Of a stretch of 64,000 bases of DNA, positions 42,258 to 53,245 are shown piece after piece; the stretch's first letter is position 1; each line of letters starts with the position of its first letter. Below the pieces are notes generated by a model. That model ran no database searches. It saw nothing but the letters and a program-made list of their open reading frames with translations, and had not been told where the DNA came from. Source of the stretch: Candidatus Bathyarchaeota archaeon (GTDB taxonomy: Archaea; Thermoproteota; Bathyarchaeia; Bathyarchaeales; Bathycorpusculaceae); NCBI GenBank assembly GCA_963702095.1, contig OY969706.1:672001-736000 (forward strand). Direction: 5' to 3'. Position numbers and translations under genes: made by a program.

Positions 42258-42572
42258 TTTATCTTAACCTCCAATGGAAGACCTTATAAAGTTTGGCTAC
42301 CCCAACCTTGTAAGCAATCAAATGGGACAACTGGGATAAAATGCAGACCGCAACCGCCGCCAAAGCTTATTCTGACCGAAAAGTATGGTTTTCTATAGGT
42401 TATCTAACAATTTTATGGCAAAATTGTTTGAGTTAGCGATTTTATAGCAAGAACTAGAGAGTATGTTCTTGAGTGTTTTGTTCCTTCAGAACTAAAGCAT
42501 AGTTAATTCTGACGGAGAAGCCATATTTAGTAGTTAGGGTTTGATTTCCAAACTACTTTTCTTTTTGTTTCT

Positions 42573-42938
42573 CTAATTTGTCATGGAGGCAAGGGGGTTT
42601 TTACTTATGCTATTTGCAGCGACAGGACGGAAATGTACGGTTTTTGCGATTCGGCGTTTATTTAGCCAACCCATTCTGGAAAGTTGATTTAGGTAGTTGC
42701 TTTCGATTGATCGGCATCGTCCGGTATAGGTTGACACTGAAACGGCGTCGCATTCACCTTTAGATGCAACCGCCAAGTATGTCTTCCTCAGGTGGTCGGG
42801 TAAGATGATAAGTTCTGACTCTGCCAATTGTAATGGCTGAGGATTTAAGTTGGCGAAGCTAATTTCGATATCATCTAAGCGTTTTCTCATGTTCATGATT
42901 TCTTTGAATATTTGTTCGAGCACAGATCTTCTAACCAT
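42573..42938 (-). CDS. Small coiled-coil plus wHTH transcription regulator (copy 2)
   Basis: MVRRSVLE...LPDHLRKT...SKGECDA...GRCRSIESNYLNQL; paralog of 14685..15017; ATG at 42938. Confidence 0.8.
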   Translation of the reverse strand: MVRRSVLEQIFKEIMNMRKRLDDIEISFANLNPQPLQLAESELIILPDHLRKTYLAVASKGECDAVSVSTYTGRCRSIESNYLNQLSRMGWLNKRRIAKTVHFRPVAANSISKNPLASMTN

Positions 42939-43036
42939 ATGTTTCCCTCTTTTCTTTTTCAATCTGATAATCGCTAACTGCAAGTTGGCAATTTAATTGT
43001 TTTTGAGAAGCGGATTTAGCGTTTACTCCACTGTAT

Positions 43037-43077
43037 TTCGCACTATGCGAAGTGGACTTCGCAAAATTTGTGAAGTC
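43037..43077. promoter_or_regulatory. Two adjacent palindromes upstream of the wHTH gene (candidate operator)
   Basis: TTCGCA-cta-TGCGAA (43037-43051) and GACTTCGCAAA-a-TTTGTGAAGTC (43055-43077). Confidence 0.4.
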
Positions 43078-43377
43078 AAGTATTTACTTGCTTACTGCAA
43101 AATAAGGTTGCATAATCTAAAAAGCGCTTGTTACTTGCAGTGATGCAATTAAACTGTTGCACAAAGAACTATTTGAACTATATGCCATAAAGTGCTAGAT
43201 TGCTGTCATGGCGAGCGCCGTTTCTTCAATAGCCAAATTTTTACGATTTATTTTAAATGAAGAAGCAATGATATGCTCGATATTTTGAGGGTGATTTTAA
43301 GTTATTTCCTATCTGATCAGCCAAATTAGACCAAAGCTGTTAAATGTTAAAACAATTAATTACTAAAACGAGATTAA

Positions 43378-43692
43378 ATGAAAATCAAGAAAAAATATCA
43401 AATGCTGCTGCTTAGCTTTATTATAGCAATAGTGATCTGGGTAACTTCGATTTTATCTATGTTTTCAGTACAAATGTTCCTCATATCTCAAGATGCCACT
43501 CACGTCGTCTGGAGTTTCTTGATAAATGTGATGACTATCTTAGTAATGATGGTCCTCATATGGTTCGGTATAGAGAAAATACCCATTTTTAGGAGGGCTG
43601 TAGCACAAGTATTTAGTTTAGAGGAGGAAAATAAACCTAATAAGAAAACCCCGGCTAAAAAGCCAGCGCAGTACCCTCAGAAATCAGATTAA
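43378..43692 (+). CDS. Small two-TM membrane protein
   Basis: Two hydrophobic helices and a basic tail. Confidence 0.6.
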   Translation: MKIKKKYQMLLLSFIIAIVIWVTSILSMFSVQMFLISQDATHVVWSFLINVMTILVMMVLIWFGIEKIPIFRRAVAQVFSLEEENKPNKKTPAKKPAQYPQKSD

Positions 43693-43754
43693 TAGCCTAT
43701 TAAATTTTTAATGTTCACGTAATTCTAATAATTCTCGTGCATAATAGAAAGATT

Positions 43755-44355
43755 TAGAATGAATAAAACACAAAACAGCGCCCTTTATCAAGCAGGTTTG
43801 TATTTGATTGGTTTACTAAAGAGCGTTGATTTGCTTTTTTAAGGTTCCAACCGCTGAGGTCGACTTCAGAATCTTTCTTCTTTTCTTTTTCTTTACACGG
43901 ACCTTTTTTTCTGAGCACTAATACTGCAACTACTAACCCTATGATTACAGCTATGATGATGCCTCCAATTATGCCAATAGGCAGGTTAGGGTCCGTTTCA
44001 GTTGTATATTGGGGTGGCTCCGTACCGTGTGCACGCCACTCGACATAGGATTCGGTTTTATAGTAGAGCCAGTAGAGGACGACAGCGTTGGAATTGGATT
44101 ATTCGTTTCCGTGGAAGTAGTGCCACTTGTTGGACTAGATGCAGTAGTGGTTGGGGCCGATGACGTCCATGTGTTTACATTGGTGCTTCGTGATTGTTTC
44201 AGTGAAGGTTCGGTTTCTGAACCGATTGTGTCGATGCTTAAGTAATATGATGAGACAGCCATGCCTCTAGCTTTGTCAAAGTAAACGTCTGTTTTATCAT
44301 AATGACCTTCTGGTGGGCTCCTTATAGGAAATTGGAAGCTAGAGTTCCGCACCAT
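43755..44355 (-). pseudogene. C-terminal remnant of a surface protein (S/T linker, then frameshift, then TM anchor)
   Basis: S/T-rich ORF 43969..44355; another frame gives PQYTTETDPNLPIGIIGGIIIAVIIGLVVAVLVLRKK. Confidence 0.5.
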
Positions 44356-44485
44356 AAACGATCGCTTTGGATATCAAACAGCACTGCTAATGCTTTCTAA
44401 TATCGTAATCGCTATGTAGGTTTACATGTTAATATGGCGGAATCGTAATAGTATAATTCGTTTATTAGAAGGAGAGGGCTTGCAA

Positions 44486-46047
44486 ATGGGTAAAGATAGC
44501 TTTACTTTTAAGAAAGGCTTTCGCCAAACAATAGGTCTTATTATAGTACTGTTTATTGCTTCATGTGTCGCCAATGCAGGAGTTGTCTGTGACGACACAA
44601 ATTATAACAGTATAGAACCATTAGCCGAGTCATTGCCTGGCTTTAATATTATTTTAGAGAACGCTACCCAAATTGTTGCTGGTGAGCCTTTTAACATTCA
44701 AGTGGAGGCCCTTGATGAGCTTGGCAGTACTGAAGCAGATTATGTGGGCACAGTGAGTTTTACGTCTTCAGATATTAAAACGGATGGTTTACCTAATGAT
44801 TATACTTTTCAACCAGAAGATTTAGGCTTAAAATCATTTGAGATTCTATTAAAAACAGCTGGTATTCAGACAATTACAGTGACTGACGGTTCTATGGAAG
44901 AGGAAAGCCCCTTCTAACAGTATTTGCTGCACCTTTGGATTATATTACTTGCTCAATCTCCCCCATCACGGTAACCGCTGGGGCGCAAACGACTGCCACC
45001 GCTATAGGATATGATGTCTATGACAATAGTCTCGGCGCAGTAAGCGCCGTTTGGAGTGTTGAAAGTGGTGCGGGTGGAAGTTGGTCAAGCAATGTTTACA
45101 CATGTCAAACATCGGGCATTTGGACTATAACCGCAATATACTCAGAAAAAAGCTCGACATGCCCGCTAACTGTGAATACCGCTCCCTTATCTTCTCTATC
45201 CGTATCTTTATCTTCATCCAACATTGTCGCTGGTGATCCTGTGTCTGGGATTGCAATAGGATATGACAATCAAGGTAATAGTTTAGGTCCTCAAACTTCA
45301 TTTTGGTCTATTCAAAGCGGGGCGGGCGGTTCATGGATTGGAAACGTTTATGCCTCAAAATACTCTGGCGGTTGGACAGTAACAGCCGCATATAACGGTA
45401 AAACCGATACTACAACCTTGACAGTTGACCCCGCGCCAACTCCAACTGCGACTCCAACATCTAATCCGACGACATCTCCAACTCAGACCCCAACATCTAC
45501 ACAAACACCTATCGCAACTGCTACACCCGCACCGACCACTTCCCAGACTCCTGCCCCCACTGTTCCGCCATCAATTAGTCCAACCTCGACAACTGTACAT
45601 GTAACTACAAGCACTGGACAAGGTGTTGATTTAGTAATCAGCGGAAACATCACCGCCACACAAATATCCAGCCTAATCATCAAAAACGAAGTCGACACTA
45701 AAACAACACTCTCATTCATATTAACCGGAGAAAGCGGGACCACTGGCTTTGCAAATTTTGTCATCCCCAAAACCGCAATTCCCTACGGCGTTGAGCCTAC
45801 CGTTCTCGTTAGTGGTGAGCCTGCTCAGAATCAAGGCTACACTCAAGATGGCCAAAACTTCTACGTCTGGTTTACTACCCATTTTAGCACGCATCAAGTT
45901 GAAATATCGTTTACTAGCGAAAAAGCTGGTTTAGAGGTGTATTCTCTTTGGATTGTGCTCGCATTTGTAGCCATTTTAGCTGTTGTTTTACTTAGTTTGT
46001 TCTTTATTAATTCGAAGGGCAAATCCGACCACAAGGTCGATTTTTAG
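44486..46047 (+). pseudogene. Ig-repeat surface protein, short copy (2 repeats), frameshift near 44910
   Basis: MGKDSFTFKKGF start as in 57810..60644; GAAAGCCCCTTCTAACAG is one base short of the paralog (ESSPLTVFAA); PT linker; C-terminal TM helix. Confidence 0.85.
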
Positions 46048-46303
46048 ATAATTTTTAGCGCGCGATAACTTAAGGTCACCTATTGGATGTGAGCGAATAC
46101 TGGAAGCCCAGCAATACGATGAAACAATAATATAAGCGCTAACACCTGTGCCATTATCCTCGTCCACTGTAGCTTTTCGCGTCCCGTTTAACATATTACT
46201 CTCTTATTGATACTCTCCATAGATAAAGAGGCGCTAAAATTCTTAATACTTTAATAGTACAAACGAAAATATATTGAAATTGTATAAGTAAGCGATAAGA
46301 TGG

Positions 46304-47150
46304 TTGATTAACGTGAGAAAGAAAATAGTATCTTTTTTGGCAATACTAGTGTTAATTAGTTTGTGCACTGTATTTTTCTACGAAAGCCACCCTGCTGATG
46401 CCAGAATATATTGGGGAAGATATCCGGTATCTACTCCTCATCCAACAGCTACTCCAACACCTAAGCCCACAGCAATACCGACTCCTACACCAACACCTAG
46501 TCCTACTCCAACCCCTACGGCAAGTCCAAATCCGAATTCAATATTTAGTAATGGATTTGAAACAGACTTTAGCGGGTGGTCGGGATCACATGTTTCTCCA
46601 ACTATAACAACATCGCATGTTTATCAAGGCGCAAAAGCAGCCCAGTTCGACGCTTTCGGTGAATACATATACAAGACAATCTCGGCCTTCAGAAATTTAT
46701 GTTAAGCAGTATGTTCAATGGAATAATCTACCTAATAATGCCTATTTTATATTTACAAAAATAGATAACTTTAAGGATCCGAGAATTATCGCTGGAGCAT
46801 ACATCTATCAACACGACGGAATATTAAGCTGGGGAATGGAACAGAATAACGGTGCCAACTACGTTAACAGTGCCTTGGCAACAGGAGCAAAACCTAACAC
46901 TTGGTACTGTATAGAACTGTACGTCAAATGCAGCACAGGTGCAGGACACTACGATGGAGCCACGAAAATGTGGATTACAGATTTATCCACAGGAGTTACA
47001 ACCGAACTCAAAGACATAGCACAATCTAACCTCAATACTGGTTCTACTACAGTAGTAGACACAATAGTTGAAGGACAGATGGAACCGTCGTATACCGTTA
47101 TAAACTACATCGACAACGTTGTTATCAGTCGCAGCTATATTGGTGCATAA
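46304..47150 (+). pseudogene. Secreted PT-linker plus jelly-roll protein (paralog D), frameshift near 46685
   Basis: Signal peptide, PT linker, IFSNGFE...VYQGAKAA; second frame continues PSEIYVKQYV...NTWYCIELYV...YIDNVVISRSYIG. Confidence 0.75.
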
Positions 47151-47214
47151 GCAAATGTGAATGGTGGGGGATTTAACCTTACCATTAGCACTTGTTATCC
47201 CCCCCCTTTATAAC

Positions 47215-48201
47215 TGGATATTGCTCATTCAAGGCAAGTCTAGATCTTTCTGGGGTACAAAACAGCTTTGCCGCAATATTGGCAGGTTATCTGACCAGAT
47301 TTTTCTTAGCGTTCCACAATATTCTGCTTAGAGTGACGGTTAGGTTGTGTGGAGCCAGCCTCGTCCGCTTTTCTTTGGTTGCTGCTTTTTCCTTTCTAAC
47401 TCCGCCTCTCTTTGAAGCTTAGCTGCAAGATGTTGGCTTCTTGGCGTATATGGGATTATTTCTTTGTTAGCGACCGGGACTGAGAAGCTTTGATTTGCGG
47501 ATGCCTGAGGAACATAATCGCCGTCTAACTGACCATATCTCAAATTACCTTTTCGCACCTACAACACGTTCAATTTCTATTTTACGAAAAGAAAAAGTTT
47601 GGGTAAAAATTTACCTTACAGGTAACACATCTAAGGCGCTGTAAAAGACCATATGCCCATAGCTGAAAAGAAATCAAAATTATGGAACAAATTCCCTCAA
47701 GACCTTTGCGTTGGCACCGCTCATCGTGCAGAGAATGTAATAATTTTATGTCTGAATTCTTTTATGGATGTTTTCTAGAATTCGTCGTTCCCCATCGTTT
47801 ACCCCATGCATCCACGGACAAGGAAGCGACTGCAAGAAAACAGCATGCTGGCCAAAATGGAAGCGCTAAAGAATTTGCTGATCCTGCCACCACTGGGATA
47901 CCTCGACTTTTTGATGCTGGGGCGGAACTGCAAGCTGATACTCACTGATTCAGGTGGCATTCAAGAAGAAGCCACTGCACCGACCATTTGCAAACGTGCA
48001 CTAGTAATTCATCTCTCAACTGAGCGGCAGGAAGCAGTAGAAACTGGTTTCGCTACAGTCGTTGGTACAGACAAAAATCAAATTCTATTTGCATTAAAGG
48101 AAGTTCTCGAGGAAAAAATGTTTTTACCTTCAATTTCACCATTTTGTAATGGCGCGGCAGCCGAAAAAACGGTTTTGATAATAAAGAAAGAGTTAGCTTA
48201 A
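47215..48201 (+). pseudogene. wecB: Degraded UDP-N-acetylglucosamine 2-epimerase
   Basis: Motifs spread over different frames: GLRSFDLRMPEEHNRRLTDHISNYLFAPT, IYLTGNT, TAHRAENV, HPRT, GYLDF, LTDSGGIQEEA; 5' boundary approximate. Confidence 0.85.
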
Positions 48202-48408
48202 GAAATGGTAGTTTTCCCGTCTGATACTGTCTTTATAGCATCCGTCACGACATATCAAATAATGGTACATCGCTAAATGTGGTTCTTGAGTATTCTTTGG
48301 GATCACTTGCGACCTTGGCTGTTTGTTTTGCAAGGTCTGCCATACCAAAAAACCTGGGCTCTCCTCGTGGAGTTTCTTTCATTTTAGCGACGCCTTATGC
48401 TTACTCCT

Positions 48409-49047
48409 TTATTTTTTTATGGGCGGAACATTTTGTTTATCATATGATAAGCGCCATTTTAGCCAGATGATTATTGAGTAAGCAAATATTGCTATGTAAA
48501 ATAGGCTTGGGATTGCGAGGAGTATTGGTAGTGCTGATTCCTGGCCTCGTCCAAGCGATAGTAATGGTACTAGGGTTGCTCCTAGGGGTATTATGAGTGC
48601 CCAGTTTCTGTTGTTGGGTTTTAAAAGAGTTTGTAAGTCGCCTAGCTTGTACATGATTGGTGTTGTTATTAGGAATAGTGTGAGTTCTGTTAGTGCAATG
48701 GGTAGGCTGGTTACTAGAACGTTAATTAATCCATACCAGTTCTGTGTCAGCGGCCAGAAAAGTTCGATTCCGCCAGCGAACAAGTCACCTATGAGTATGT
48801 GGGAGAGGAGGGCAGCATAGTAAGGGAGGGATTGTTTGCGGTAGACGATAAAGAAAGGCGCCATCAACGCTGTTATTACTATCAATGAGTGCGTGGGTCC
48901 CCGATGCATTAAAAAGCGCAGTAGTAAGTCGATATCGGGGAGTACCGAGGCCATAAGCAGTAGGGGCAGATTTATTTTTACGTGGGCAAGCTTTGCTGTG
49001 CTTTTTCCAAATATGTAACCTAGGGCAAAGTCGCCAATCGCAAACGT
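48409..49047 (-). CDS. Membrane-bound metal-dependent hydrolase (YdjM/YbcI-like); start codon apparently ACG or lost
   Basis: SVLPDID, HRGPTHS, SHILIGD motifs; frame extends upstream to ACG-FAIGDFALGY at 49047. Confidence 0.75.
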   Translation of the reverse strand, partial: TFAIGDFALGYIFGKSTAKLAHVKINLPLLLMASVLPDIDLLLRFLMHRGPTHSLIVITALMAPFFIVYRKQSLPYYAALLSHILIGDLFAGGIELFWPLTQNWYGLINVLVTSLPIALTELTLFLITTPIMYKLGDLQTLLKPNNRNWALIIPLGATLVPLLSLGRGQESALPILLAIPSLFYIAIFAYSIIIWLKWRLSYDKQNVPPIKK

Positions 49048-49404
49048 ATAGTAAGCCTCATATTTGCCATAGATAGCGAAGAATGCCTATTAAAACAAAC
49101 CTTTTTGGCTTCTGTTACCTCTTCGTTTGCTCCTATACAGTTCTGTATTTGGAAAAGTAATTATGGAACAGTTATACTTTGATTATAGCGGTTAGGGGCT
49201 ACACCTATTCATCCTCATGTTGGTCACCACTTATCCTTCAAACATAGAGGAAAAGCCCCTAACCCTTAAAGTCGAAAAGCCAGCCCCCCTGCAATCATCG
49301 CGGTTCCATTAACTCTTCGGTAGGTATCACCCGATCTATCGCATGGAGAAAAATTTTCTTCTGAGCCTATAATTTTATATTTTAAAAGTTAGCTTGAAAC
49401 AAAT

Positions 49405-49710
49405 ATGAATAACAAAGCCTTCTTACTCTTTGATAAGTTGCATCTAAGGGAATGGTATAAATTTTTACTTTATGTCGGAGTGATTTTGCTGGTTCTTGGA
49501 ATAGTTTTTGGGACAAGATTAACTGATGCTGATATAATCGGTTTTTCGCTATGGACAATTCCGTTAATGATAGTTTTGTGGATTTATGATGATGTAACGT
49601 ATTCATTTGTAAAGGTTCGCAACCGCCCGATTTTTATTAAATCACGTCGCGTTCTTCACTTGATTTTCTTGTTAATCTGGATCTTTGCAACTCTACTTAC
49701 TCTGTTATAA
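49405..49710 (+). CDS. Small three-TM membrane protein
   Basis: Three hydrophobic helices; ATG start. Confidence 0.6.
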   Translation: MNNKAFLLFDKLHLREWYKFLLYVGVILLVLGIVFGTRLTDADIIGFSLWTIPLMIVLWIYDDVTYSFVKVRNRPIFIKSRRVLHLIFLLIWIFATLLTLL

Positions 49711-50075
49711 GCAGAAAGTAAGTTGCCGCTTAGAAATTAGCATAAACTGCCTAAAAAATCCCGTATCGGCAAAACTGATTAAAAATTCTCCATTAACTCT
49801 CTTACTCAATCTCAAGACTAACCCCTCGGGCATAGAGTCAAAAGCATTCTTAATCAAGTTTGTAAATACTCTCTGCATTCTATTATGATCTAAAAGGGCG
49901 CTATCGGAATTTTTTACTTGCTCCTTTGCCCTTACCTTCTTGGGCATTTTCAGCGTCAACAAGATATAGTCGATGATCGCCTTCGGAGAAACGTATTCCT
50001 TCTGCAAACGTATATTACCACTAAAATCGAGTAAATCAGCAATAATCCTATCAGCATACTGAATGGATTCTATCG
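49705..50075 (-). pseudogene. Remnant of a sensor histidine kinase HATPase domain
   Basis: YADRIIADLLDFS, N-box RMQRVFTNLIKNAFDSMPEG, truncated G1 box ISFADTG; no H-box or G2 in frame. Confidence 0.75.
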
Positions 50076-50557
50076 ATCACACCTAACATGTGTTTAAGCT
50101 ATCATCATGCGGCGGCACACTTAATTTGCATTATCGTCAATAGAAAGGTGAGACGCCTTTAATTATCTAATAATTTGGTATTACTTGATTCCTTCTTCTA
50201 AACAAATCGCAAAAAATGAGAATTTGTACTTGAAAATAAATGATTTTCAAAAGGCTAAAATACTTGAGTTACCCTTCTCAAAGCAGGAGAGCGGGGTTTT
50301 AGATCGTGAAAAAGATATCAAAAAAGTGGCGCTTGCTTATTTTGCCACTTATTGTGGTTATTTGGATTTTGGGAGTGTTCTTCAACTTCGGTCAGTAGCT
50401 TAAATGAAAAGCTACTAATACGAAGCGAAGTAGAATATAGTGGTAATAAGGCAATTCTAAACGCCTACAACAGTTAGCCCAAAAGGATACTATTGCCTGT
50501 TGAGGCTTTCTTGCTCTCTTCTGGTTTTTTTGTTCCTTACTCAAGATTTCTCCTTAT

Positions 50558-50749
50558 CTATGGAGGAAAATCAACCGTGTAACATATTTCACGTAGCTTA
50601 GAAGAAAGGTGTTCTTGACATATACCTTGGATTCTCTTTTTTAAAACCATATCTTCACAATTATCTATCAAGTAAAGATAGCATTCATAAATTTTACACA
50701 TTCTTTCTATTGAATTCTTAATTTCCTTCTCTGTTGGCGACTTCATCAT
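50558..50749 (-). CDS. Small hypothetical protein
   Basis: 63-aa ORF with ATG start and a purine-rich upstream region; no family recognised. Confidence 0.35.
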   Translation of the reverse strand: MMKSPTEKEIKNSIERMCKIYECYLYLIDNCEDMVLKKRIQGICQEHLSSKLREICYTVDFPP

Positions 50750-50872
50750 TTTTCCCTTTATTCAGGAGCGATTTAAATAGCAAGCGCTGTTTTGCGCTAT
50801 ATTCATTTTATGCCTTTCTATAAGGGCCTTGATTTTATTTGGCAACAAGTTCCTTACCGCAGAGCTGGCATT

Positions 50873-51241
50873 CTATTTTGCGGTGATTAGGGGTGGAACT
50901 TGGAATTTCATGGTGATTTCTGGATTTATTCTCTGGCAGATCAATAGTAGCGAGTTTTGGGTTGCATTTAGGAGTTCTTTTCCTTGTTTTGTGAGTTGGT
51001 AGATTTTGCGTGGTCTCTCTGAAGTCATGTTCCAGGCGCTTTGGACTACTCCTTTCTTCTCTAATAGTCCAAGCAGGGGATAGATGGTGCTGGGTCCGAA
51101 GTAGACGCCGAAGTCTTTGCGGATGCTTGTGATTAATTGGTAGCCGTGCATGCCTTGCTTTTCTAGGTGTTGGAGTATTATCATGTCTAGGAGGCCTTTG
51201 GCGAGTTTTGTTTGTGCTTCTTTTTGGTTTTTTGCGTTCAT
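50873..51241 (-). CDS. PadR-family transcription regulator
   Basis: KGLLDMIIL...MHGYQL...GPSTIYPLL..LEKKG...RPRKIYQLTKQG. Confidence 0.92.
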   Translation of the reverse strand: MNAKNQKEAQTKLAKGLLDMIILQHLEKQGMHGYQLITSIRKDFGVYFGPSTIYPLLGLLEKKGVVQSAWNMTSERPRKIYQLTKQGKELLNATQNSLLLICQRINPEITMKFQVPPLITAK

Positions 51242-51630
51242 TTCCCATCACGTCTTATGTCTTATCTATCAATATTAGTGTAGATAAAGGCTTGCACATA
51301 ACCTAAGCATATCGAAACAAGATTTGTCCAACATAAACACACAAAAGACCATGTAAAATTAGGCAAAATCAATATTTTTAATCAAGAAAAATGTAAAAAC
51401 CAAACTGTACAGCACATAGACAACAAAAATGGACCACATTTATTGATAATCAAAGAATCACCTACTGCATCGTTGGCATGGCTTATCATCGAAAACATTC
51501 AAAAGAATATCAGTAAAATGCAAAGTCCTCTGATCAGATTCTATAGAAATATTACCGTTTTAGGAATGTCTCTTAATTAGCTTACAAGATAAGGAATGCT
51601 GCAAAAGGAAGCAATAGTAGAAGGTGCCCA

Positions 51631-51753
51631 TTGGTGATATGTGATTGGTGTGGAAAAAAGATTGTTATAGAGCCAAGACGTAGGACATTTTATCAGTTAC
51701 AGAATTATGTTAATAAACCGATAGTCTGCAAGGATTGTCATAAACAGTTTTAG
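51631..51753 (+). CDS. 40-aa zinc-ribbon microprotein (not in ORF track)
   Basis: From TTG: MVICDWCGKKIVIEPRRRTFYQLQNYVNKPIVCKDCHKQF; two CxxC pairs; AAGGTG just upstream. Confidence 0.6.
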   Translation: MVICDWCGKKIVIEPRRRTFYQLQNYVNKPIVCKDCHKQF

Positions 51754-52567
51754 AGAGAACAAAGTAGTTGTATGTACCTTTAGGCTGTCATAAAAATAGT
51801 TTGGTTATTGGTTAAGTAACCCTTGAAAATGGCAATCATGTAGAAAAAAATACCTTGTCGCCGCCAGTTAATGGATGATTTCTGGTTGTTACCCTCCCAT
51901 GAGGGATGCATGCAATATTTTGGTGTTCGAGATTTTAATAAATCGCTTGATTGGCTCTTAACCAAAAGCAGCCATAATAGCTGCCTTTTTTTACCGTCAA
52001 TCAGTATATTCATATAGAAAGTGTAAACTATTTTTTCAGCATAAAGTTCTTCCAACCAGTGTAGTATCGGTCCATCTCTTCGGTGCTGGGAATATTTCAT
52101 CTTTCGGAATATCCTTCTTAAATAGATAGAACTTTATATTATGTTTGGAGAAAGGAGAACTTCTCACAAGGGGATAATCTTGATTAGTGAACGCATCTTC
52201 AATTTGATTTTAAGAAGTAAAGATGGCGATTATGCTTTTCAGGCTCAAATACTAGCCCTCATGAAACCTAACGGCTGGTAGGCGCACACTCGGTAGCTTA
52301 TATAGAAGATATAAGAACCCTTGAATTTAGTGAACTTTAGCACAGACTCTTGCTTACCCTTAAAGTCTTTTGATGTGGCTTTAATAGCGATAAGTACGGA
52401 ATAGGAGATTTCCTAGGACACAGTTGTTAGGTGGTTTTGCACCTAAAACTGAAACTGCGTTCTTCTTAGGAGTTTACATGGAAAGGTAAGCTGAATATGA
52501 ATTTAGAAGTCGCAAAGGAATTATATACTGGCGTCTAATCAACAGTAATCCCCCCTAAGTGAAAGTT

Positions 52568-52696
52568 ATGAAACAAAACAGAAAGATTGTAAAAGAAAAA
52601 ATGTCTCAAGCTCTCTGCCAAGAAATTAAGGGGCTTCCAAGGTATGTACAGGAAATTTTAATCGATGATCTAGTTACAGCATTTGAAAATAGGTGA
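52568..52696 (+). CDS. 42-aa helical small ORF, possibly truncated
   Basis: MKQNRKIVKEKMSQALCQEIKGLPRYVQEILIDDLVTAFENR; amphipathic and protein-like. Confidence 0.35.
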   Translation: MKQNRKIVKEKMSQALCQEIKGLPRYVQEILIDDLVTAFENR

Positions 52697-53245
52697 GTAT
52701 AAGATTTAGCACGTGCATTTGTGAGTTAGAGAAAGATTCCCTCGTTATAAAAGATGGAAAGCTTAGCATCAAGCAATATAGAGAGGATGGTGTCGAAGCT
52801 AAAAGTAATGAAGTTGTAGCCTGCATTTTAGAAGGGCCAATGTCTGGCGGGCAGATTGATAAACTTGCAGACTACAACTTCTGCCTGCTACTACTCTGTT
52901 TATCCAACCGATAATAAGATACTATGAAGTTATAACATGAGTTATGAAACCAGCGCCCGATAATGGAAAAATGACAGATTGAAGAGCTGCCAAATTGTGA
53001 AGTAAGAGCAGAAATCAGCAACTCCTCACCGATTATAAACTAAACAAGGTAACCTAAAAACTTGCCCCAAATCCTCTTTGAACAGGCTCCCCCAGCTTTA
53101 ACCACCATTGATCCACTTCCATCGGTGATTTATCCCTCGTTCAGATGATGAAAAGTCAAGCCCACAAAAATCAAACGATTTTAGATGGCTGATAAAACAG
53201 GTAAGACTTAGATGGCTGTTGCCTAAACTGGTGATCCTAACACAT

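Noticed and set aside
51780-53200. ORFs 51780..52100 and 52693..52914, and stop-interrupted frames near 52170-52370
   Set aside because: No recognisable family; cannot distinguish decayed genes from chance ORFs.
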